From Escherichia coli (lineage in GTDB: Bacteria; Pseudomonadota; Gammaproteobacteria; Enterobacterales; Enterobacteriaceae): a DNA stretch of 64,000 nt. The notes beneath the pieces are model-generated. The model did not search any database, had not been told where the DNA came from, and saw nothing but the letters and a program-made list of their open reading frames with translations. The number at the start of each line of letters is the position of its first letter. Position 1 is the first letter of the stretch. Below are positions 1 through 13,642 of the stretch, piece after piece. Made by a program: the position numbers and the translations under genes. The stretch is taken from the NCBI RefSeq assembly GCF_003334815.1, contig NZ_QOWO01000005.1; one strand, given 5' to 3'.

Positions 1-443
1 GCGATCAGCGCAATCCCCAGAAAGACGCCCACTTCGCGGTAAAATTGTTCGATGGTGACTTTATGCGGCGAACTTAGCGCGGTTTGAATCAGATCATAGA
101 ACGGCGCATACCAGGCGTTGACGGCGACCCCGACTTCCACCAAAAACCAGGTGACGAAGATGATCAGTGCAGTACCGAGTATTGACCAGTATTGCCAACG
201 ATGCGGGCTGTAGATAAACCAGAACAATGCAAAAAGTCCTACGCAAACAATGTAGTAAGCGTAAAAAATCAGGAAATCCAACGACCAGAAACGCGCGGCG
301 CTAATCGGGATCTGCCCGGAAGCGCCGGTGATACGCGCCACCCAGTCACCCCCACCGGCTTGCCAGAAGATAACGGCAATCAATGCCCAAACGAAGGCCG
401 AGAGAAAAAACGTTCCCGGCTTTGGGAAAAAAGACTTAAACAT
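1..443 (-). CDS. sbmA: SbmA peptide antibiotic/microcin transporter, N-terminal part (3' end lies beyond the window start)
   Basis: The reverse complement from 443 reads ATG TTT AAG TCT TTT TTC CCA AAG (MFKSFFPK...). It stays open to position 1 (...[20 protein letters not shown]). This matches my recollection of the SbmA N-terminus. It is absent from the ORF track because no stop lies in the window. Confidence 0.9.
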   Translation of the reverse strand, partial: MFKSFFPKPGTFFLSAFVWALIAVIFWQAGGGDWVARITGASGQIPISAARFWSLDFLIFYAYYIVCVGLFALFWFIYSPHRWQYWSILGTALIIFVTWFLVEVGVAVNAWYAPFYDLIQTALSSPHKVTIEQFYREVGVFLGIALI

Positions 444-794
444 ATGCACTCCTGCTAACTTCTTATCGTTTTAACAACTGCTGTGTATTAACCGCATGAC
501 CGCTACAAAGCGTCAGCCAAATGAAACCGCCCATTGTGACCCATAGCAAGGCGCTTAGTTCGCCAGCCTGACCATAAGAATTGTTTCGACGGATTTCACA
601 AACCAAAGATTGTTTACATAAGCGGATTAACACGCGCAGGATCACAAATGCAGGCATTGGTGAGCAGGAAAAAGATCGTGTTTACGCGCCGTTACGTTTT
701 TAACACTATTATTGCACTAATTCGCCCTTTGCAATCTATCAATGAGTAGTATAAATACGCTCAGTTACCTTCATTCAATCTATGGACACCACCG

Positions 795-1952
795 TTGAAA
801 CGTAGTCTGCTTTTTTCTGCCGTGCTGTGTGCGGCGTCATTGACCTCCGTCCATGCGGCGCAGCCGATCACTGAACCGGAGTTTGCCTCTGATATTGTCG
901 ATCGTTATGCCGATCATATTTTTTACGGCAGCGGTGCCACGGGGATGGCTCTGGTTGTTATCGACGGTAACCAGCGCGTCTTTCGCAGTTATGGCGAAAC
1001 GCGACCTGGTAATAACGTTCGCCCGCAGCTGGATTCGGTCGTGCGTATTGCTTCCCTCACCAAGCTAATGACCAGTGAGATGCTGGTGAAATTGCTCGAC
1101 CAGGGGACCGTGAAGTTAAACGATCCGCTAAGTAAATATGCTCCGCCAGGCGCACGCGTGCCAACCTACAATGGGACGCCCATTACGCTGGTCAATCTGG
1201 CAACCCATACCAGCGCCCTGCCCCGTGAACAGCCCGGTGGCGCGGCACATCGTCCGGTGTTTGTCTGGCCAACGCGCGAGCAACGCTGGAAATACCTTTC
1301 TACGGCGAAGCTGAAAGCCGCGCCAGGCAGTCAGGCGGCGTACTCTAACCTTGCGTTCGACCTGCTGGCAGATGCACTGGCGAATGCGTCCGGCAAGCCT
1401 TATACCCAGTTGTTTGAAGAGCAGATTACCCGTCCATTGGGGATGAAAGACACCACCTACACCCCCTCACCGGATCAGTGCCGCCGTTTAATGGTTGCTG
1501 AGCGCGGTGCCAGTCCGTGCAATAACACGCTGGCGGCAATTGGCAGCGGCGGCGTCTATTCCACGCCTGGCGATATGATGCGCTGGATGCAGCAGTATTT
1601 GTCATCTGATTTTTATCAGCGCAGTAACCAGGCAGATCGCATGCAGACGTTGATTTATCAGCGCGCGCAGTTTACGAAAGTGATTGGCATGGATGTCCCC
1701 GGCAAAGCGGATGCGCTTGGTTTAGGTTGGGTATATATGGCCCCGAAAGAGGGTCGTCCGGGGATTATTCAGAAGACAGGCGGTGGTGGCGGTTTCATTA
1801 CCTATATGGCGATGATCCCGCAGAAGAATATTGGCGCGTTTGTGGTGGTCACTCGTTCGCCGTTGACGCGCTTTAAAAATATGAGCGATGGCATCAATGA
1901 CCTGGTGACCGAGCTAAGCGGGAATAAACCGTTGGTTATCCCCGCGTCCTGA
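795..1952 (+). CDS. ampH: AmpH, class C beta-lactamase-like penicillin-binding protein (DD-carboxy/endopeptidase)
   Basis: 385-aa ORF with a TTG start. Signal peptide MKRSLLFSAVLCAASLTSVHA and SxxK active-site motif (ASLTK). Recognised sequence. Confidence 0.95.
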   Translation: MKRSLLFSAVLCAASLTSVHAAQPITEPEFASDIVDRYADHIFYGSGATGMALVVIDGNQRVFRSYGETRPGNNVRPQLDSVVRIASLTKLMTSEMLVKLLDQGTVKLNDPLSKYAPPGARVPTYNGTPITLVNLATHTSALPREQPGGAAHRPVFVWPTREQRWKYLSTAKLKAAPGSQAAYSNLAFDLLADALANASGKPYTQLFEEQITRPLGMKDTTYTPSPDQCRRLMVAERGASPCNNTLAAIGSGGVYSTPGDMMRWMQQYLSSDFYQRSNQADRMQTLIYQRAQFTKVIGMDVPGKADALGLGWVYMAPKEGRPGIIQKTGGGGGFITYMAMIPQKNIGAFVVVTRSPLTRFKNMSDGINDLVTELSGNKPLVIPAS

Positions 1953-2641
<689 letters not shown>

Positions 2642-2642
2642 T

Positions 2643-5570
<2,928 letters not shown>

Positions 5571-6093
5571 TTGTCATCCCTCCTCAGGGACGTAATAAGT
5601 TGATCCATCAATTATCAATGCATAGAAAACATATTATGTTTCGCGCTAACGATTATGCTGCGTTACAGACGAATGGTTCAATTATTCTTTCCCCTAAGTC
5701 CGAATGTGGACATATATAATTTATGGAGAAAAACACGCATCAAATTCATAAAAGCACAGTATTTCAACATGTTGCAGATAATTTTGTTTTTGAAGCATAC
5801 GCATAATAAATATCACAAACACAAACCAGATAAATATCCTATGAATATGCAACAAAGTTTTAATTATTCAATTTATAGCAGCGCAACCAAACTCCAAAAA
5901 ATAATAACCAACAGCTATAAATAAAGATTAAAAATATTTTCAGTGAATATAAAATTATTGCTGTTTCTATTAAAAAGATGTCCTGGCCTCTCTTCCATTC
6001 TCTTCTTGTCAACATCGCGACAACTTTCGTAAAACATCCCTACCCTGCTTCAGGTATACTATGCCCCTCGATTCCACAAACATCAGGCAGACC

Positions 6094-7068
6094 ATGACAG
6101 ACTTAATCCAACGCCCTCGTCGCCTGCGCAAATCTCCTGCGCTGCGCGCTATGTTTGAAGAGACAACACTTAGCCTTAACGACCTGGTGTTGCCGATCTT
6201 TGTTGAAGAAGAAATTGACGACTACAAAGCCGTTGAAGCCATGCCAGGCGTGATGCGCATTCCAGAGAAACATCTGGCACGCGAAATTGAACGCATCGCC
6301 AACGCCGGTATTCGTTCCGTGATGACTTTTGGCATCTCTCACCATACCGATGAAACCGGCAGCGATGCCTGGCGGGAAGATGGACTGGTGGCGCGTATGT
6401 CGCGCATCTGCAAGCAGACCGTGCCAGAAATGATCGTTATGTCAGACACCTGCTTCTGTGAATACACTTCTCACGGTCACTGCGGTGTGCTGTGCGAGCA
6501 TGGCGTCGACAACGACGCGACTCTGGAAAATTTAGGCAAGCAAGCCGTGGTTGCAGCTGCTGCAGGTGCAGACTTCATCGCCCCTTCCGCCGCGATGGAC
6601 GGCCAGGTACAGGCGATTCGTCAGGCGCTGGACGCTGCGGGATTTAAAGATACGGCGATTATGTCGTATTCGACCAAGTTCGCCTCCTCCTTTTATGGCC
6701 CGTTCCGTGAAGCTGCCGGAAGCGCATTAAAAGGCGACCGCAAAAGCTATCAGATGAACCCAATGAACCGTCGTGAGGCGATTCGTGAATCACTGCTGGA
6801 TGAAGCCCAGGGCGCAGACTGCCTGATGGTTAAACCTGCTGGAGCGTACCTCGACATCGTGCGTGAGCTGCGTGAACGTACTGAATTGCCGATTGGCGCG
6901 TATCAGGTGAGCGGTGAGTATGCGATGATTAAGTTCGCCGCGCTGGCGGGTGCTATAGATGAAGAGAAAGTCGTGCTCGAAAGCTTAGGTTCGATTAAGC
7001 GTGCGGGTGCGGATCTGATTTTCAGCTACTTTGCGCTGGATTTGGCTGAGAAGAAGATTCTGCGTTAA
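6094..7068 (+). CDS. hemB: Porphobilinogen synthase (5-aminolevulinate dehydratase)
   Basis: The ORF track gives 6061..7068. I place the start at ATG 6094 ([13 protein letters not shown]...), giving the 324-aa HemB I recognise. Confidence 0.95.
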
Positions 7069-7118
7069 TTTTGTTTCCTCTCAGAAAGGGGGAGTTAACC
7101 TGTTGAAAGTACGGTGAA

Positions 7119-7160
7119 CGCCCCCTCACCCTAACCCTCTCCCCAAGGGGGCGAGGGGAC
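7119..7160. terminator. GC-rich hairpin between convergent hemB and tauD (ccctctcccc-aag-gggcgaggg); possible bidirectional terminator or intergenic repeat
   Basis: Positions 7135-7144 pair with 7148-7157, a 10-bp stem with one mismatch. It lies in the 106-bp gap between two convergent stop codons. No clear U-tract follows. Confidence 0.4.
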
Positions 7161-7174
7161 CGTCCACTCTCGTA

Positions 7175-8026
7175 TTACCCCGCCCGATAAAACGGTTTAT
7201 CCCCAAGGATCGTCGCCCGATGCATTATCCGTCGCTGTGGCAGGTAATCGGCATTGGCATAGTGCTGGGTCACGCGGTTATCCCAAATCGCAATATCATT
7301 TGGTTGCCAGCGCCAGCGCACCTGAAACTCCGGTTTGGTGATATGGGCAAACAAAAAACTTAACAAGGCTTCGCTCTCTTTCTCGCTCACATCAACAATT
7401 CGCGTAGTAAAGCCTTCATTCACAAACAGCGCCTGTTTACCGCTCACCGGATGCGTTCGCACCACCGGATGTAGCAACGGCGGGTTTTTCGCGACCGCCT
7501 CGCGCCAGCGTTGATGTTCCTCCTCGGTTTTGCGGTATTTGTATTCCGGGAACGATTTACGGAAATCATGCTCCGCACGCAGCCCACTCAGCAGCTGGCG
7601 GAAGGGAACAGAGAGCGCCTCATAGGCCGCAATACCGCTGGTCCAGAGCGTATCACCGCCGGTCGAAGGTAACTCTTTAGCTGCCAGAATCGCCCCTGCG
7701 GGTGGCGTTTCAATAAATGTCACATCGGTATGCCAGTTGTCGTTATCTGGCGGATTATCGTTATGGGTATCCAGCACGATGATCTCGTCAACCCCTTCGG
7801 CATGCGGGTAAACAGGGTGAATATGCAATTCGCCAAAACGCTGGGCCAGCGCGCGTTGCTGCTGCGGCGTAATAGCTTGATCGCGTAGAAACACCACCTG
7901 ATGGCGCAGCACCGCATGGTAAAGCTGTTCAAACTGATTATCGCTTAACGGGCGCGTCAGGTCGGCACCCGAAATTTGTGCGCCGATATACGGCCCCAGC
8001 GGGGTAATGCTCAGACGTTCACTCAT
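7175..8026 (-). CDS. tauD: Taurine dioxygenase (Fe(II)/2-oxoglutarate dependent)
   Basis: 283-aa ORF, recognised sequence ([23 protein letters not shown]...). Its start overlaps the tauC stop by 4 nt. Confidence 0.97.
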
Positions 8027-8850
8027 TGTACTTCTCCATGCCAGGGCGTCAGGCGGCGCTGTAACGCGCGCAGACCCAGTTCTAAAAGAAAGGCGATAAT
8101 CGCAATCACCGCGATCCCCGCCAGCACCACGTCAGTTGCGAGAAATTCACCCGCTGACTGAACCATAAATCCTAAACCGCGCGTCGCGGCAATCAGCTCC
8201 GCCGCCACCAGCGTAGACCAGCCCACCCCCAGACCAATACGTAATCCGGTGAGGATTTCCGGCAGCGCACCGGGCAAAATGACAAACCACAGCACCTGCG
8301 CACGGCTGGCACCCAGCGACTGGGCGGCACGAATGCGAACCTGCTGCACGCTTTTCACCCCCGCCAGCGCCGACATCGCCACCGGTGCAAAAATCGCTAA
8401 ATAGATCAGTAAGATCTTCGAGGTTTCACCAATACCAAACCAGATCACCATCAGCGGCAAATAAGCCAGCGGCGGCACCGGACGATAAAGCTCGATTATC
8501 GGATCCAGAATGCCGCGTACCGTAGGGCTAAGTCCCATCGCGATCCCGACCGGAATACCGAACAACACCGCTGCAAATAGCGCCAGCATAATGCGCGTCA
8601 GACTGGCTGCCAGATGCTGCCACAGCGTGGCGTCCATAAAGCCTTGCGGTCCGGCAATGGTGAGTAGTTTTTCCAGTACCTGTTGCGGCGGCGGCAAAAA
8701 TAGCGGGCTAATCAGTTGCAGCGTCGCCACCGTCCACCATACGGTGAGTAAAACCGCTAACGTGCCAATGCTTAAGGTCACCTGACGCGAGAGCGGCCAG
8801 CGCCATTTCAGCCGCCGCGAATGCAGTTTTTCATTAATGAGCACACTCAT
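8023..8850 (-). CDS. tauC: Taurine ABC transporter permease
   Basis: 275-aa polytopic membrane ORF with 4-nt overlaps to tauB and tauD. Recognised sequence. Confidence 0.96.
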   Translation of the reverse strand: MSVLINEKLHSRRLKWRWPLSRQVTLSIGTLAVLLTVWWTVATLQLISPLFLPPPQQVLEKLLTIAGPQGFMDATLWQHLAASLTRIMLALFAAVLFGIPVGIAMGLSPTVRGILDPIIELYRPVPPLAYLPLMVIWFGIGETSKILLIYLAIFAPVAMSALAGVKSVQQVRIRAAQSLGASRAQVLWFVILPGALPEILTGLRIGLGVGWSTLVAAELIAATRGLGFMVQSAGEFLATDVVLAGIAVIAIIAFLLELGLRALQRRLTPWHGEVQ

Positions 8851-9614
8851 GAGAACGCCTCCCGTTGCTCAAATACGCGGCTTAAAACATATTCGCGCAT
8901 GGCGATGAATTGTGGATCGGACTTGATGCTGCGGCTCGACTCTCCCGCAACAAAGCGGCGAGCAAAGTTGAGCGGCAGCCGCTCCAGCACACGGCCAGGG
9001 CCGGATGAAAGCAGAACCAGTTCAGTCGCCATAAACACCGCTTCTTCTATATCGTGGGTAATCAACAGCACCTGCTTGCCCGTCTCCTGCCAGAGTTTCA
9101 GCAGCAGGGTTTGCATCTGGTCGCGGGTGAAGGCGTCCAGCGCACCAAACGGTTCGTCGAGTAATAACAGCTGGGGATTCGCCGCCAGCGCACGAGCAAT
9201 CCCCACCCGCTGACGTTGACCACCGGAAAGCTGCCAGATGTAGCGTTTTTCTGCGCCTTCCAGCCCCACTTTTTTCAGCATCTGGTGCGCGATTTCCAGT
9301 CGCTGCATTTTCTCTATACCTGCCAATTGCAGGCCGAACGCCACGTTGTCCTGTACATTGCGCCACGGTAGTAGCCCTTCATTCTGAAAAACTACGCCAC
9401 GCTCTGCTCCCGGTCCCTCAATAAGCTTACCCGCCAGTTGAATGCTGCCATGCTGATAAGGCACAAAACCGGCAATCAGATTCAGCAGGGTGGTTTTACC
9501 GCAGCCGGACGGCCCCAGCACCACCAGTAGCTCGCCGCTTTCCAGCGTCAGGTTGATATCTTCCAGTGCCGGTTTGCCGCCATAATCGGCGTAAAGATGA
9601 GAGATTTGCAGCAT
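8847..9614 (-). CDS. tauB: Taurine ABC transporter ATP-binding protein
   Basis: 255-aa ORF with Walker [13 protein letters not shown] signature LSGGQRQR and Walker B LLLLDEP. Confidence 0.97.
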   Translation of the reverse strand: MLQISHLYADYGGKPALEDINLTLESGELLVVLGPSGCGKTTLLNLIAGFVPYQHGSIQLAGKLIEGPGAERGVVFQNEGLLPWRNVQDNVAFGLQLAGIEKMQRLEIAHQMLKKVGLEGAEKRYIWQLSGGQRQRVGIARALAANPQLLLLDEPFGALDAFTRDQMQTLLLKLWQETGKQVLLITHDIEEAVFMATELVLLSSGPGRVLERLPLNFARRFVAGESSRSIKSDPQFIAMREYVLSRVFEQREAFS

Positions 9615-9626
9615 CTGCGCCTCCTT

Positions 9627-10589
9627 TTATTGCACGAAGCGCGAGGTAACGTACTGGCTGTAATCATTCGCTACAGCCGGGACCTTGCCCTGCTCTTTCA
9701 AAAACTGCGCGGTGTCGATGATCGCTTTGTTCACCGGTCCGGTCAGTTCTGCCGTTTGTTGCTGCGGCGTCAGATAGGTATTCCCCTTCACCAGCCCCGG
9801 AACGTCACCTTCAGGCACGCCGCTTAAACGCGCCAGTTTGCTGATGTTTTCCGGCTGTTTCAGCCACACGTCTGGGTTAGCAATGTACGGTTGCTGAGCA
9901 TCGATGGCGCTTTTAGCGAACGCTTTCACGACCTCAGGATGTTTCTCGGCAAAATCTTTGCGCACCACCCAGACGTCCAGCGTTGGCGCGCCCCACTGCC
10001 CGACCTGTTCAGAATCGGTCAACACCTTGCCGTCTTTTTCCAGGGCGTTAACCGCCGGTGCCCAGACATAAGCACCATCAATATCTCCCCGCTGCCAGGC
10101 AGCGATAATCGCGGGCGGCTGCAGGTTCACAATCTCCACTTGCCCGGGTTTAATGCCCCAGTGTTTCAGTGCCGCCAGCAGGCTGTAGTGGGTGGTGGAG
10201 ATAAACGGTACGGCGATGCGTTTGCCAATCAGATCTTCCGGTTTGCTGATAGTTTTCTTTACCACCAGCGCTTCGGAGTTACCCAGTTTTGACGCCAGCA
10301 AGAAGACTTCAATCGGCACCTGTTGGCTGGCTGCAACCGCTAACGGGCTGGAACCGAGGTTGCCGATTTGCACGTCGCCTGAAGCCAGCGCCCGCACGAT
10401 GCTGGCTCCGCTGTCAAACTTACGCCAGTCCACGGTTGCTCCGCTTTCTTTAGCAAAGGTGTTGTCGGCCTGAGCCACTTTCGCCGGTTCGGCTGAGGTT
10501 TGATACGCCACGGTGACGTTCACCGCCTGTGCCTGAAAAGCGATGAATGCCAGTGCGGCAAGAAGTGTGTTACGCGATGAAATTGCCAT
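9627..10589 (-). CDS. tauA: Taurine ABC transporter periplasmic binding protein
   Basis: The ORF track gives 9627..10646. I place the start at the ATG at 10589 (MAISSRNTLLAALAFIAFQAQA signal peptide, GGAG upstream), giving 320 aa. Confidence 0.95.
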   Translation of the reverse strand: MAISSRNTLLAALAFIAFQAQAVNVTVAYQTSAEPAKVAQADNTFAKESGATVDWRKFDSGASIVRALASGDVQIGNLGSSPLAVAASQQVPIEVFLLASKLGNSEALVVKKTISKPEDLIGKRIAVPFISTTHYSLLAALKHWGIKPGQVEIVNLQPPAIIAAWQRGDIDGAYVWAPAVNALEKDGKVLTDSEQVGQWGAPTLDVWVVRKDFAEKHPEVVKAFAKSAIDAQQPYIANPDVWLKQPENISKLARLSGVPEGDVPGLVKGNTYLTPQQQTAELTGPVNKAIIDTAQFLKEQGKVPAVANDYSQYVTSRFVQ

Positions 10590-11204
10590 GATTGTCTGCT
10601 CCCCTGTCTTGTTATGGGAGCAGTATTCAGGAATAAAAACATTCATTAAAAGAATTAGTCGTTATCGCACAGATGATTTTATTCTTAGCAAAAAAACGGC
10701 TAAGGAAAGATTAAATATGCAATTACTCCGTTCTAACAATTGGGAAAATTACTACACTTCATTTTAGTGATGCATAAACAACCACATTACGAGATTTATT
10801 ACTTCATTATTTCTATCAATATCAATACATATAATAAAACTATTATATTCGCATTGTATATATCACTGTATCATTCTCAATCACTCGCATATTACATTCA
10901 CATAATGTATATAAACAATGCTTGTTCACAGAACATATTTTTTAAATGCAATTAATTGACAAACTAAATCACATCTAAATACAATGTATAAAACAAAATA
11001 ACTATACATACCAAACATACAAACACTTAACATATGAATTGCATAGAAACATTACCCAGTCGAACCCACGGGTCTGAAAGCCCTTGCTTTTCAGTTATTA
11101 GCAACATTTAACATTTATAAATTAACATCTGGCTGCGCCAGAGATTACGTCTCTGAGTGCATCGTTGTGCTTGTAGTATAATAAATAAAATGGAGTGTCA
11201 TTAA

Positions 11205-11876
11205 GTGGATAAGGTTTTAGATTCAGCCCTCCTTTCTTCGGCAAATAAAAGAAAGGGTATCCTTGCTATTGGCGCACATCCTGACGATATAGAATTAGGC
11301 TGTGGCGCATCGCTTGCTCGTCTTGCGCAAAAAGGAATTTATATCGCAGCCGTGGTGATGACTACCGGCAACTCTGGCACAGATGGAATAATCGATCGCC
11401 ATGAAGAATCGCGCAACGCCCTAAAGATATTAGGGTGCCACCAAACTATTCATCTTAATTTTGCTGACACCCGCGCTCATTTACAGCTCAATGATATGAT
11501 TTCCGCCCTGGAAGACATCATTAAAAATCAAATTCCTTCTGATGTTGAAATCATGCGGGTATATACCATGCATGATGCCGACCGCCATCAGGATCATCTT
11601 GCTGTTTATCAAGCTTCAATGGTTGCCTGCCGAACTATTCCGCAAATTCTCGGCTACGAAACCCCAAGTACCTGGCTTTCATTTATGCCTCAGGTTTTTG
11701 AATCCGTTAAAGAAGAATATTTCACAGTCAAACTTGCTGCATTAAAAAAACATAAAAGCCAGGAACGACGCGATTATATGCGTCATGATCGCCTGCGTGC
11801 AGTTGCACAATTTCGCGGACAACAGGTCAATAGCGATCTGGGTGAAGGCTTTGTAATTCATAAAATGATTCTTTGA
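11205..11876 (+). CDS. yaiS: YaiS, LmbE/PIG-L family (N-acetylglucosaminyl) deacetylase
   Basis: 223-aa ORF from GTG 11205, with GGAG about 10 nt upstream. It carries the PIG-L motifs AHPDDIELG and DADRHQDH. The AHPDD motif requires this long N-terminus. Confidence 0.85.
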   Translation: MDKVLDSALLSSANKRKGILAIGAHPDDIELGCGASLARLAQKGIYIAAVVMTTGNSGTDGIIDRHEESRNALKILGCHQTIHLNFADTRAHLQLNDMISALEDIIKNQIPSDVEIMRVYTMHDADRHQDHLAVYQASMVACRTIPQILGYETPSTWLSFMPQVFESVKEEYFTVKLAALKKHKSQERRDYMRHDRLRAVAQFRGQQVNSDLGEGFVIHKMIL

Positions 11877-11885
11877 GCAAATTGC

Positions 11886-13082
11886 ATGAAAACCTGGATA
11901 TTTATCTGTATGTCCATAGCAATGTTGCTATGGTTTTTAAGTACGCTAAGACGTAAACCCAGTCAAAAGAAAGGCTGTATTGACGCCATTATACCTGCGT
12001 ATAACGAAGGCCCGTGTCTGGCGCAGTCACTGGATAATCTACTGCGTAACCCTTATTTTTGCCGGGTAATTTGCGTTAACGACGGCTCCACGGACAATAC
12101 CGAAGCGGTCATGGCGGAAGTCAAACGCAAATGGGGCGACCGCTTTGTTGCCGTCACGCAAAAAAATACCGGTAAAGGTGGTGCGCTGATGAATGGCCTC
12201 AATTACGCCACCTGCGACCAGGTTTTTTTAAGTGATGCCGACACCTATGTTCCGCCCGATCAAGACGGAATGGGCTATATGCTGGCAGAAATTGAGCGCG
12301 GTGCCGATGCCGTAGGCGGCATTCCCTCTACTGCGTTGAAAGGCGCGGGTCTGTTACCGCACATCCGCGCGACCGTAAAGTTGCCGATGATTGTTATGAA
12401 GCGCACGCTACAGCAGCTCCTGGGTGGCGCACCGTTTATTATCAGCGGTGCCTGCGGGATGTTCCGTACTGATGTATTGCGTAAGTTCGGTTTCTCGGAT
12501 CGTACTAAAGTCGAAGACCTTGATCTCACCTGGACATTGGTGGCAAACGGCTACCGTATTCGGCAGGCGAATCGCTGCATCGTATACCCACAGGAATGCA
12601 ACAGCCCGCGTGAGGAGTGGCGTCGCTGGCGGCGTTGGATTGTGGGATACGCGGTCTGTATGCGCCTGCATAAAAGACTTTTATTTAGCCGCTTCGGTAT
12701 CTTCAGTATATTTCCTATGCTGTTGGTTGTGCTTTATGGCGTTGGGATTTATCTCACTACCTGGTTTAATGAATTCATCACCACCGGGCCGCATGGAGTG
12801 GTGTTGGCAATGTTTCCGCTTATCTGGGTCGGCGTAGTTTGTGTTATTGGTGCTTTTAGCGCCTGGTTTCATCGTTGCTGGTTGTTGGTGCCTTTAGCGC
12901 CGCTTTCCGTTGTGTATGTATTATTAGCTTATGCCATCTGGATTATTTATGGACTTATTGCCTTTTTTACTGGACGCGAACCTCAGCGCGACAAACCCAC
13001 CCGCTATTCCGCACTGGTGGAAGCGTCAACCGCTTATTCCCAACCTTCTGTCACAGGAACTGAAAAACTATCTGAAGCTTAA
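11886..13082 (+). CDS. yaiP: YaiP, membrane-embedded family-2 glycosyltransferase (processive-synthase-like)
   Basis: 398-aa ORF with an N-terminal TM helix. GT2 motifs present: IIPAYNEG, DGSTDNT, SDADT (DxD) and a WRRWRRW segment resembling Q/RxxRW. The C-terminal third is hydrophobic and consistent with about 4 TM helices. Confidence 0.88.
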   Translation: MKTWIFICMSIAMLLWFLSTLRRKPSQKKGCIDAIIPAYNEGPCLAQSLDNLLRNPYFCRVICVNDGSTDNTEAVMAEVKRKWGDRFVAVTQKNTGKGGALMNGLNYATCDQVFLSDADTYVPPDQDGMGYMLAEIERGADAVGGIPSTALKGAGLLPHIRATVKLPMIVMKRTLQQLLGGAPFIISGACGMFRTDVLRKFGFSDRTKVEDLDLTWTLVANGYRIRQANRCIVYPQECNSPREEWRRWRRWIVGYAVCMRLHKRLLFSRFGIFSIFPMLLVVLYGVGIYLTTWFNEFITTGPHGVVLAMFPLIWVGVVCVIGAFSAWFHRCWLLVPLAPLSVVYVLLAYAIWIIYGLIAFFTGREPQRDKPTRYSALVEASTAYSQPSVTGTEKLSEA

Positions 13083-13641
13083 TGTTAAAGAGAAAAATAT
13101 TCAGATTGCAGACCAGGTAATTATTGATGAAACTGCAGGTGAAGTTGTTATCGGCGCGAATACCCGTATTTGTCATGGTGCCGTTATTCAGGGTCCGGTA
13201 GTGATTGGCGCAAACTGCCTGATAGGTAATTATGCGTTTATTCGTCCTGGCACAATAATCAGCAATGGCGTAAAAATTGGTTTTGCCACCGAGATTAAAA
13301 ATGCGGTTATTGAAGCGGAAGCAACGATTGGTCCGCAATGTTTTATTGCCGACTCGGTAGTTGCAAACCAGGCATATTTAGGCGCACAAGTACGTACCAG
13401 TAATCATCGTCTGGATGAACAGCCCGTGTCTGTTCGAACTCCAGAGGGAATTATCGCTACCGGATGCGATAAATTAGGTTGTTATATCGGGCAGCGTTCA
13501 CGCCTTGGCGTACAAGTTATTATTTTGCCTGGGCGAATTATTTCCCCGAACACGCAACTTGGCCCGCGCGTGATTGTAGAACGTAATTTACCTACCGGAA
13601 CTTATTCACTCCGACAAGAACTTATCCGTACAGGAGATTAA
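12931..13641 (+). CDS. yaiX: YaiX, left-handed beta-helix (hexapeptide-repeat) acyl/acetyltransferase, uninterrupted
   Basis: 236-aa ORF with hexapeptide repeats (IGANTRICHGAVIQGPVVIGANCLIGNYAFIRPGTIISNGVKIG...). The start is uncertain: ATG 12931 or 12949, both inside yaiP in the +1 frame. Confidence 0.75.
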   Translation: MPSGLFMDLLPFLLDANLSATNPPAIPHWWKRQPLIPNLLSQELKNYLKLNVKEKNIQIADQVIIDETAGEVVIGANTRICHGAVIQGPVVIGANCLIGNYAFIRPGTIISNGVKIGFATEIKNAVIEAEATIGPQCFIADSVVANQAYLGAQVRTSNHRLDEQPVSVRTPEGIIATGCDKLGCYIGQRSRLGVQVIILPGRIISPNTQLGPRVIVERNLPTGTYSLRQELIRTGD

Positions 13642-13642
13642 A

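Noticed and set aside
11055-11085. GGTTCGA T-loop-like motif (minus strand cccgtgGGTTCGActggg) in the tauA-yaiS spacer
   Set aside because: No complementary T stem, acceptor stem or D arm can be drawn around it, so it is an isolated heptamer match. This contrasts with the element at 48577-48657.
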